32,000 nucleotides of DNA, taken from NCBI RefSeq assembly GCF_001481685.1, contig NZ_CP006867.1, positions 390,001 through 422,000 on the forward strand, in the 5' to 3' direction. A program made the position numbers and the translations under genes. The DNA is from Ignicoccus islandicus DSM 13165 (GTDB taxonomy: Archaea > Thermoproteota > Thermoprotei_A > Sulfolobales > Ignicoccaceae). Positions within the stretch are counted from its first letter, which is position 1. Every line of letters begins with the position of its first letter. Under the pieces are notes generated by a model. It was not told the origin of the DNA, did no database searches, and saw nothing but the letters and a program-made list of their open reading frames with translations. Positions 1 to 8,673 of the stretch are shown here, piece by piece.

Positions 1-1340
<1,340 letters not shown>

Positions 1341-1696
1341 GCGCCGCTGCCCCTGGGGCGGGGCCCCAACGGCCCGGAAGCTTGCGGTCCGGAACCGCTG
1401 GGGCACATGATCCCGCTTAACCCTTCCCGGCGCCCATTGTCCCGGTGGGGAGCTTCCGGCCCTAAGGCCGCATTGCTGCCCCCACCGGGGCGTCGCGCCC
1501 TTAAGCCGGGAGCTACCGCTCCCGGCCCGCATCTTTGAGCGCTCGCCTGTGAGCGTGCTTCTTCGCCGCGTGCCGGGTTTCTCCCCGGCGCCCCGCGGCG
1601 CTCTCCGTGTTTTCCAGTAGGGGCGTGGGGGTTATAAAATTAACTGATAAGTAGTTTATGAACTATCTCTTTTATTTCCTTTCCAGTAAGTATAGT

Positions 1697-2461
1697 GTGG
1701 GCGCTTCCTTGGAAGTCATAGGCGTAGTCCACCTACCTCCCTTACCTTCTTCCCCCCAATGGAATGGAGACTTAGAGGAGGTGATTCGAAGGGCAGTTAG
1801 AGACGCAAAGGCGCTAGAGATAGGGGGCGTCGATAGTATCTTAGTAGAGAATTATGGTGACTATCCGTATAGAATAAGGGTTGACCCGTTAACAGTTGCT
1901 GCCGTTACGCGAGTTACAACGGAGGTACTCTATTCAGTCAACGTAAACGTTGGCGTGAGCTTGTTACGCAATTCCGCACCAGAAGCTATAGCTATAGCCT
2001 TAGTTACTGGTGCAAACTTCGTCAGATCCAATCAATGGTGCTGGACTTCGGATGCACCAGAGGGGCTCCTCCAACCAGTAGCTAGAGAAGGAATCGAGGT
2101 GATGCGTGTCTTTGGAAAGAAGGTTAGAGTAATAGCTGACGTAAGAGTAAAACACGCCTCGCCGATCTCTGGAAGAAGCGTTTGCGATGAGGCTAGGGAC
2201 TTAGGAGGTAGGTGTATGGCCGATGCGCTGGCCGTCTCTGGAAGCGCCACGGGCGAGGAAGCGGACCCCGAGGAAGCAAAGCTAGTTAAGAGGTGTTCCG
2301 GTAAACCCGTCTACGTAGCCTCCGGGGTAACCCCTTGGAACGTTGACAAATACGAAGAAGCAGACGGCGTAATAGTTGGAACTTACTTCAAAGAGGGAGG
2401 AGTTACAACTAATCCCGTTGACGTTGAAAGGGTTAGGAAGTTCGTTAATAGGGTCAGGTAA
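1697..2461 (+). CDS. BtpA/SgcQ family protein (TIM-barrel)
   Basis: ORF 1658..2461. 'VIGVVHLPPLPSSP...VDSILVENYGDYPY' and '...YVASGVTPWNVDKYEEADGVIVGTYFKEGG' are BtpA-family hallmarks. Start moved to GTG 1697 (or TTG 1709), because the TATA-like element lies at 1632-1640 and homology begins near 'LEVIGVVHLPPLP'. Confidence 0.88.
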   Translation: MGASLEVIGVVHLPPLPSSPQWNGDLEEVIRRAVRDAKALEIGGVDSILVENYGDYPYRIRVDPLTVAAVTRVTTEVLYSVNVNVGVSLLRNSAPEAIAIALVTGANFVRSNQWCWTSDAPEGLLQPVAREGIEVMRVFGKKVRVIADVRVKHASPISGRSVCDEARDLGGRCMADALAVSGSATGEEADPEEAKLVKRCSGKPVYVASGVTPWNVDKYEEADGVIVGTYFKEGGVTTNPVDVERVRKFVNRVR

Positions 2462-2564
2462 GGGTGGGTTCCTCATTTCCCTTTCGGACCCTAAGGTCCT
2501 CGTCATCCCGGTCCATTCTTATAGTTCTCACCGAAACTAATTGAGCTACGGGTGTCCAAGCTAG

Positions 2565-3509
2565 TTGAAAATACTCACGCACTGGGACGCTGATGGAATA
2601 ATAAGTGCATCGAAGGTACTAGAGGTAATAGACGGAGAGGTTTATATTCCAAGAATAGGTACTTGGAGGTTCGAAGCAATACCTCGGGAAGCGTTGAAAG
2701 GTACCTTATACGTCTTAGATTATTCACTTCCAAGAGAGGATTGGGAGAAGGTATGTGAAATGATAGAGGACTTAGTGATCATAGACCATCACACCGGTAA
2801 CGAAGCGCCGTGCGGAAAGACGATAAATCCGGCTCTAAGGGGAATAGAAGTGCCTGCTTGCTCGTTAGTGGTTTCGAACTACTTCCGAATTCCCTACGAT
2901 TGGAGAGATGCTGTTGCGATAGCAGCCGATCTAGGCGATCCTGCCGGGAACCCGTTTTGGGTTAAAATAGTAAAGGAACAACGTCTCAATGAAGAGGATA
3001 TAATGGAAGCTGCCGCCTTGCTAAATTCGTGTTACAGGACGTTGGATTACGAGTGCATCAAGGAATACGCGTACAATCTTCGCCAAATGGAACTGGAAGA
3101 GGTGCTTAACGATAAAAGGTTGAGAGCGAATAGGGAGAGGGCTAGATCGAGGTTAGAAGAATACCTCAGAAAGGCTAACTGCGTTGGAAGGGTGTGTTTA
3201 ATTAGAGGAGACGAGGACGTCCACCTATTTGCCTCGGCCTTGTGGAAGAGGTTAAAGCGCAACGGAGTTTCAATTGTCATCACAATCAACGAGAAGATGA
3301 TGAGAATATATTGTAGGGGGGATGAGAGGGATTACGAGGAGGCTATTCGAAGAGCTAAGCAAATAGGTCTCAAGGAGGTAGGTGGGAAGAAAGAAGTCTG
3401 TTCAGCCCACGTAACTCGCGAAGAGTTACCGAGAGTTATTCGTGTGTTAAGAGAGATGAAGCTGTTAGACGAGTTCGAATTTCTTGAGTCTTCCGTAATT
3501 GAACATTAA
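2565..3509 (+). CDS. DHH-family phosphoesterase (RecJ-like)
   Basis: ORF with 'THWDADGIISA', 'LDYSLP' and 'IDHHTG' motifs, and a C-terminal domain with 'FASALWKRLKRNG'. TTG start. Confidence 0.85.
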   Translation: MKILTHWDADGIISASKVLEVIDGEVYIPRIGTWRFEAIPREALKGTLYVLDYSLPREDWEKVCEMIEDLVIIDHHTGNEAPCGKTINPALRGIEVPACSLVVSNYFRIPYDWRDAVAIAADLGDPAGNPFWVKIVKEQRLNEEDIMEAAALLNSCYRTLDYECIKEYAYNLRQMELEEVLNDKRLRANRERARSRLEEYLRKANCVGRVCLIRGDEDVHLFASALWKRLKRNGVSIVITINEKMMRIYCRGDERDYEEAIRRAKQIGLKEVGGKKEVCSAHVTREELPRVIRVLREMKLLDEFEFLESSVIEH

Positions 3510-3740
3510 GGTGTAGCCGCAGTTCTTACATCTGAGCTTAACCACTTGGTTCTTGGTGACTTTCGCGAACCTCTTCTGCTCTGGCTTTCTCTGAGAACCG
3601 TAACCCTCTTGCTTCCTCCTGTATCTCCTCTCACCTTGGGCTAGTGCCCTCCTCTTTCCGTGCTTGTAAACGGTTACGCTATGAGGAGTGTGAGTTTTAC
3701 ACCTAGGGCAATACCTATTTATCTCCTTAGGTACCTTCAT
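3465..3740 (-). CDS. rpl44e: 50S ribosomal protein L44e
   Basis: MKVPKEINRYCPRCKTHTPHSVTVYKHGKRR...KKCxxCGY-type zinc ribbon; typical L44e. Confidence 0.96.
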   Translation of the reverse strand: MKVPKEINRYCPRCKTHTPHSVTVYKHGKRRALAQGERRYRRKQEGYGSQRKPEQKRFAKVTKNQVVKLRCKNCGYTLMFNYGRLKKFELV

Positions 3741-3896
3741 TCCTTTAACCCCTCCGTGCTTCGGGGGAGGATTAAATAACGGTTTAGCTCTTGCTTCAGA
3801 ATTTAGTTAAAGTAAGAGAATTACCGAGTCAAATGTGATCGAACGAGGTAAATCGGTTCAACCTCTTTATTATAAATCTTGAGTAGGAGACTACCG

Positions 3897-4049
3897 CTAC
3901 TTCCTCTTCCTTATGTCCAATCTGAAACTCTTCTTACCTCCGCTCCGTCCTTCGACTATTAGCCTCATTGCCGTACTGAACGGCTTATTCTTGAAGAAGA
4001 CGCTGTTCAGCGTGAACATGTAGAACCTCCTTGGGTCATATACTTTCAC
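3897..4049 (-). CDS. possible 50-aa basic protein (VKVYDPRRFYMFTLNSVFFKNKPFSTAMRLIVEGRSGGKKSFRLDIRKRK)
   Basis: Hand-read small ORF below the track cutoff, upstream of rpl44e on the same strand. No recognised family. Confidence 0.25.
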   Translation of the reverse strand: MKVYDPRRFYMFTLNSVFFKNKPFSTAMRLIVEGRSGGKKSFRLDIRKRK

Positions 4050-4053
4050 CAGT

Positions 4054-4596
4054 GTGAACGCAACGGGGAAACTCGGAACGCATAAGGCCGACGAGCTACT
4101 TGAATTGTTTAGAGAGGAGTACGACAGACCCCTAAGACCCCTCTTCTACCATCACGCCAGGGTAATAGAGACCGTGCACATGTTCGAATTATTAAAGGAG
4201 TTAATGGATAACCCCGAGCTTTACGAGGGCGAATACCTAGCTGAACCAGACGGCATGAGATTAGAGAGGGGCGTAGGTGGTCTAGAGGCTCCCAGGGGAG
4301 TCCTTTTCCATGACGTAAGGGCTGTAGAGGACAACGGTACCGTCAGGGTGGCTAAGTTCAACATAATAACTCCAACGGCCCTCAACGCAGCCGCTATGGA
4401 AGCTGACTTAAGAGCTTACCTGATTGGTAAAAACGTAAAGGCACTTGGCGATCAAGGCTTGTACGCGGCCGTTAGCTCGATAATTAGGTCCTATGATCCT
4501 TGCATGGCGTGTGCGACTCACAGCGTTAACAGGATAGGAGGCTTCAAGATAGCAATAGTGAAGAACGGTAAAGAAGTAAAGACTATAAGTTTGTGA
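4054..4596 (+). CDS. [NiFe]-hydrogenase (group 3-like) large subunit, C-terminal half only; possible gene remnant
   Basis: C-terminal Ni-ligand motif 'IIRSYDPCMACATH' and the preceding 'FHDVRAVEDNGTVRVAKFNIITPTALNAAAMEADLR' match the second half of group-3 large subunits. The N-terminal RxCGxC part is absent. GTG start; stop TAG just upstream in frame at 4021. Confidence 0.8.
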   Translation: MNATGKLGTHKADELLELFREEYDRPLRPLFYHHARVIETVHMFELLKELMDNPELYEGEYLAEPDGMRLERGVGGLEAPRGVLFHDVRAVEDNGTVRVAKFNIITPTALNAAAMEADLRAYLIGKNVKALGDQGLYAAVSSIIRSYDPCMACATHSVNRIGGFKIAIVKNGKEVKTISL

Positions 4597-4597
4597 G

Positions 4598-4855
4598 GTG
4601 CGAAGAATGGTTAAGATAGAGATAGCTCCTTGGTGTAAGGGTTGCCCCGTATGCTATAACGTATGTCCCGCACCAGTCAACGTATTCGAGTTAGTAGACG
4701 GAGTACCTAAAGTAGCCAGACCGGAATACTGCTTCGCTTGCGGACTCTGTGCAGAGCTCTGCCCAGCTAAGGCCATAATACTCGAAGACTACGAGAAACC
4801 GTATCACTTACCTTTCGGTGAGAGGGTCAAGAGCTTAGTTAAGAAGATGATTTGA
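4598..4855 (+). CDS. 2x[4Fe-4S] ferredoxin-like protein
   Basis: Two CxxCxxCxxxCP motifs: CKGCPVCYNVCP and CFACGLCAELCP. Begins directly after the hydrogenase fragment. Confidence 0.9.
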   Translation: MRRMVKIEIAPWCKGCPVCYNVCPAPVNVFELVDGVPKVARPEYCFACGLCAELCPAKAIILEDYEKPYHLPFGERVKSLVKKMI

Positions 4856-7439
4856 TTTTCTCTACTTTAGGTTCTAGGGGGTTCACCGTCTCGTCTACCT
4901 CCACTTCTATCTCCTCTATTCCAAGCCTCCTCTTCAACTCCTCGGACAGTTCCTTTACCATTTTCTCCTCGTCAATATATCTAATTATTTCCCTAGCTTC
5001 TGAACTGAGCTTATGAGCTTGCATAACTATCTCTTTGGGTAAGCTTTCCAAGTCTTCCCACGCTCCCTCGTCAATCGCCTCTATGGCATCTAGAAGCGCG
5101 ATGAGTTTGTCGTGCGGTGCTACCTTGATCTTTACCTTTCCTCCCCTCGCGTCTTCCAATCTATCAAGTAGCAGATCGTAGTACCATTCCTTCGCCTCTA
5201 CGCTATAGTTTCTCTCTCCTTCTACAGGCTTCATAGAACCTATCTCCTCTGCTAGGGATGGAAGCACCGGGTACAATATCGAACTCCATGCATCAACGAA
5301 CTTCTTGGCCTCTTCCGAAGGCATTAAGCCCTTATCCTTGAGACGTTCTAGGTAACGTTCCAATACCCTCTTGGCCTTGGAGGTAGCCAATATACTGGCC
5401 TCCCTAACCATATTCTTATCTAAGAGTTCCTTGAACTCGTCTTGTAGCTTTACTGCTTGACTTACTAACCAGACGTCTATCTCGTCTAAGTTCTTTCTAG
5501 CTACTTGAATCTTACTCGCCAGGGCCCTTATTTCGTTAATGAGATTAGTTACGGTCTTTACCTCTTGTTCGAGATCTGTGCTCTTAAATGGATTCTCCGG
5601 CTTAGTCTTGGTGAGCAACAGTAACCTGAAAGCTAGTCCCTCTAGCTTCCATAAATCTACTTGATTTACTTGAGCCTCACCGGTAACGAAAACCTCTCGG
5701 GGTACTTGGGTTGGCGGTAATATTGCTGCGTGATGGAAGAACATATAGGTTACGTGACTCCTAAGCAGCCCTTCGTAAACTATCCTCAAGTCTAAGGGCA
5801 TCCAACTTATTAGCTTCTTCCTAAGTTCCTTTAACTCATTATTCGATGGAGAGCCTATGCCTAGTATTAGGTAGTCCCAATCGCTCTCTGATAGTTCCTT
5901 GTTCTTCAAATATGGAGCAAGGGGATAGAAGAGATAGTACAGAGTTGAGTCCGTTAAGCTATCCACGATCTTTCCGTCCCATTCGGTCCCCATACCTTTA
6001 GAGGTGGTGAACGCCCTCTTCCTCATACCCTTAACGCTTTCTATTACTACTCTCTTGGCGTCCCTAGGCCAGAACTCGCTCATGCCAAGGGCTTCTAGGG
6101 TCTCTTCCTTCCATTTCGGATTATCGTAGTCTAGGAACCACTGGTCCCTCAGTACTTTCACAACCACTTCGTTTCCAAACCTAGAGTAGATCGGTCCGTT
6201 CAGAACGTCATACATAGTTATGGCTAATCCGGCATTAGTTGCCGCATTCCTTATAACTTCTTGGACCTGATCTAGAGGCTTGTCACAGATAACAGTTTCT
6301 ATAAGTCCCCTAAGGAAGCCATCGACCTTTAGGGAGTCAACGACTGTTTCGCATACAATTTTGCCCTTGCTTCTTTCAATTGATATTAACTTCCTCTCTG
6401 CCTCCTCTGGGTCGTACTTCCTCAATAATTTTTCTATTAAGTTCTCCTCGCCCTCTACCTCAACGACCTTCCTCCCTTGTAGCTTCTTTGGTTCTAAGCC
6501 GAAGCTTTCTAGTATTATAGGATTTGATAGGAGGTCCTTGACCATTAAATAGCTGGAAACGTTGTGTTTGGGAACTGATGCGACTACCCCGGAACCTCTG
6601 TTGGGATCTACGTGAGTTGAAGGTAAAATCGGAATTTCCTCATGAGTGATTGGATTTCTTACGTATTCGCCTACCCATTCCTCCGGGTTTACAGGGCCTA
6701 GTTCTACTACTCCTTCGAATTGATGCCTAAGCTTGAAGGCGGCCTTTTCACTGACGATGAACTTCTTACCGTTGAAATCTACTTCCACGTATCTCGCTCT
6801 TGGGTGTATCCATAGGTTGGTTACCCCGAAGACGAGTTCGGGTCTCAGAGCCGCTGGGAAGTATAAATTAGGATCTGCTTCGAATAATAGAAGGAAATAG
6901 GAACCTATCTTAGGTATAACGAAACCCTTAGTATCGTGATGACTGACTGGTATTTCCTCGACGGGGTCCCATGGAACGGGATACTCACCTTTTATTATGT
7001 ACTCCTTGTCCAGTAGTTTACTTAAGATCCATTTCACGAAAGACTTATAACCTGGATCCTCGGTCGTAAACGAATATTCCCAATTAGGTGAAACTTGTAA
7101 GGATTCGAGTAGTTGCTTTATTTTTATCGCCATCAGATCTGCGAGCTTCTTGGGGGAGTCTACTTCAGACGGATCTATTCCGAGCGACCTTAACTTCGAG
7201 AGGGCCTCCTCATCGCCTTTCAGAACGCTTTCATAGAAGGATACGATCGGGGTACCACTGTAGTGGAAGCCCATGGGAAATAGTACTTCCTCGCCCATTA
7301 AATCGTGGTACCTTGCATATAGATCGGCCACGACGTAGGCCCTGAGCCTAGTAACCATTTCATTAACGTCAAACGGTAAGGCATAAGGAAACGCTGCCGT
7401 AACGAAGAACTTCCTACGGTTCATGAAATTGTGCCCCAA
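4839..7439 (-). CDS. leucyl-tRNA synthetase-like protein lacking canonical catalytic motifs (LeuRS paralogue)
   Basis: Colinear with archaeal LeuRS over its length ('KFFVTAAFPY', 'VLFPMGFHYSGTPIV', 'LRPELVFGVTNLWIHP', 'YVRNPITHEEIPILPSTHVDPNRGSGVVASVP', 'ISRFGN'-like 'YSRFGNEVVVKVLRDQWFLDY'). HIGH and KMSKS motifs absent (see findings). Confidence 0.92.
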   Translation of the reverse strand: MGHNFMNRRKFFVTAAFPYALPFDVNEMVTRLRAYVVADLYARYHDLMGEEVLFPMGFHYSGTPIVSFYESVLKGDEEALSKLRSLGIDPSEVDSPKKLADLMAIKIKQLLESLQVSPNWEYSFTTEDPGYKSFVKWILSKLLDKEYIIKGEYPVPWDPVEEIPVSHHDTKGFVIPKIGSYFLLLFEADPNLYFPAALRPELVFGVTNLWIHPRARYVEVDFNGKKFIVSEKAAFKLRHQFEGVVELGPVNPEEWVGEYVRNPITHEEIPILPSTHVDPNRGSGVVASVPKHNVSSYLMVKDLLSNPIILESFGLEPKKLQGRKVVEVEGEENLIEKLLRKYDPEEAERKLISIERSKGKIVCETVVDSLKVDGFLRGLIETVICDKPLDQVQEVIRNAATNAGLAITMYDVLNGPIYSRFGNEVVVKVLRDQWFLDYDNPKWKEETLEALGMSEFWPRDAKRVVIESVKGMRKRAFTTSKGMGTEWDGKIVDSLTDSTLYYLFYPLAPYLKNKELSESDWDYLILGIGSPSNNELKELRKKLISWMPLDLRIVYEGLLRSHVTYMFFHHAAILPPTQVPREVFVTGEAQVNQVDLWKLEGLAFRLLLLTKTKPENPFKSTDLEQEVKTVTNLINEIRALASKIQVARKNLDEIDVWLVSQAVKLQDEFKELLDKNMVREASILATSKAKRVLERYLERLKDKGLMPSEEAKKFVDAWSSILYPVLPSLAEEIGSMKPVEGERNYSVEAKEWYYDLLLDRLEDARGGKVKIKVAPHDKLIALLDAIEAIDEGAWEDLESLPKEIVMQAHKLSSEAREIIRYIDEEKMVKELSEELKRRLGIEEIEVEVDETVNPLEPKVEKIKSSS

Positions 7440-7473
7440 TGATTGGGGGCGTTGAGAAGGTTTTAACGTGCAC

Positions 7474-7995
7474 TCACTCCTCCGTCGCGATCTCTACGCA
7501 TCTCTTCCATCGCTCCTCGTCAATAACTTTCTTTTTAAATAGGTAGTCGCAATAGCAAGTGTTCTTAGGAATGTACCTTCCATCCGAAGTTATCCATTTC
7601 AATAACTCTATATAAGACCTCTTCATGCATTCTATTAGTTCGTTATCGAAACCACTTTCCTTAAAGAGCTTCAAGGGACTTACGTGAATATGCATTGCGC
7701 CCGTAAGTAATTTTCTCTCAATAAGTGTAGCCCTATTCCAATAGGGCGAGAGTTCAATGCTAGTTTTGGTGACCCCCCTCTTAAAATCGTAATAGCCTAA
7801 GAGCGTTGCAACAGGTAAGTAAATAGCAACGAAGACCGCAACGAAATGTCCTAAGCTTACGTAATTATGTAGAGGCGTCAAGAACCAAATTAGGTTGGAC
7901 GTATTGAAGATGGATATAAACAAACCTAAGTAGTTCGAAATGCCGACCCTTAAGTATACGTATAACCTAAGCAGCTTCGAAAGCACTCTCGTCAC
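7474..7995 (-). CDS. hypothetical membrane protein (paralogue of the next ORF)
   Basis: ORF with N-terminal hydrophobic segments; shares 'GxxNYLGxxxSIxN ... TxLGxxD ... YWxR' with 7992..8600. Confidence 0.7.
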   Translation of the reverse strand: MTRVLSKLLRLYVYLRVGISNYLGLFISIFNTSNLIWFLTPLHNYVSLGHFVAVFVAIYLPVATLLGYYDFKRGVTKTSIELSPYWNRATLIERKLLTGAMHIHVSPLKLFKESGFDNELIECMKRSYIELLKWITSDGRYIPKNTCYCDYLFKKKVIDEERWKRCVEIATEE

Positions 7996-8600
7996 CTGTA
8001 CATTCTCTCATAATTTATTCTCTCGAGTTCCTTCACCAAATCGTCGCTCAAGTCTATATCATCTAAATGCTTAACGAGGACCTTTAGACACTCTCCATTA
8101 AATGTAGGAACGTGTACTTGGACATCTCTTGAAGTATAGCACCAATCGATAGTTTTGGAAGCTATTTCCCTAAGGCAATTGATCGCCTTCTCTCTAATCT
8201 CTGGATCACTTGTTTTATTAGCTGCGTAATTATATTGAAGCGCTACTGCGGGTAAGGAATTGTACCTATAAACCATGTTAGCAAGTATTTTCCATGAAGG
8301 TCTCCTCCAGTAAATTACCTCTTCGTCGCTCTTCCTGCTCGAGAGCGCGTGAATGTCTATCCATCCTAGGGCAGTGCTAGCTGCTAGCAAGGTTGCCGCC
8401 GATGCAATAATTACTATCCACTTCTCGATTGGACTTAATTTGAGTCTCTCTAAAACTATTCCATAGAGTATTGTAACGAAATTTATAATAGAGAGAATGA
8501 AACCCAGGTAGTTTACGTGACCCTTCGAGACGTACGCCGGAAGCTTCGCTACTGGAGAATTATATAGTTTGGAAGCGATTTTCACTAGGACCTCTCTCAA
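7992..8600 (-). CDS. hypothetical membrane protein
   Basis: ORF with two hydrophobic segments; its 3' end overlaps the 5' end of the next gene by 4 nt (operonic). Confidence 0.7.
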   Translation of the reverse strand: MREVLVKIASKLYNSPVAKLPAYVSKGHVNYLGFILSIINFVTILYGIVLERLKLSPIEKWIVIIASAATLLAASTALGWIDIHALSSRKSDEEVIYWRRPSWKILANMVYRYNSLPAVALQYNYAANKTSDPEIREKAINCLREIASKTIDWCYTSRDVQVHVPTFNGECLKVLVKHLDDIDLSDDLVKELERINYERMYR

Positions 8601-8673
8601 TCTTCATCCCTTTCTCAATAATCCCCTAACTCACCCTATTGAAGAACTATATCTGATTTAAAGGATCTAAAAG

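Noticed and set aside
2032-2506. Minus-strand ORFs of 72 and 74 aa
   Set aside because: Antisense to the BtpA-family gene with no protein-like features.
6280-7345. Plus-strand ORFs of 90 and 85 aa
   Set aside because: Antisense shadows of the LeuRS-like gene.
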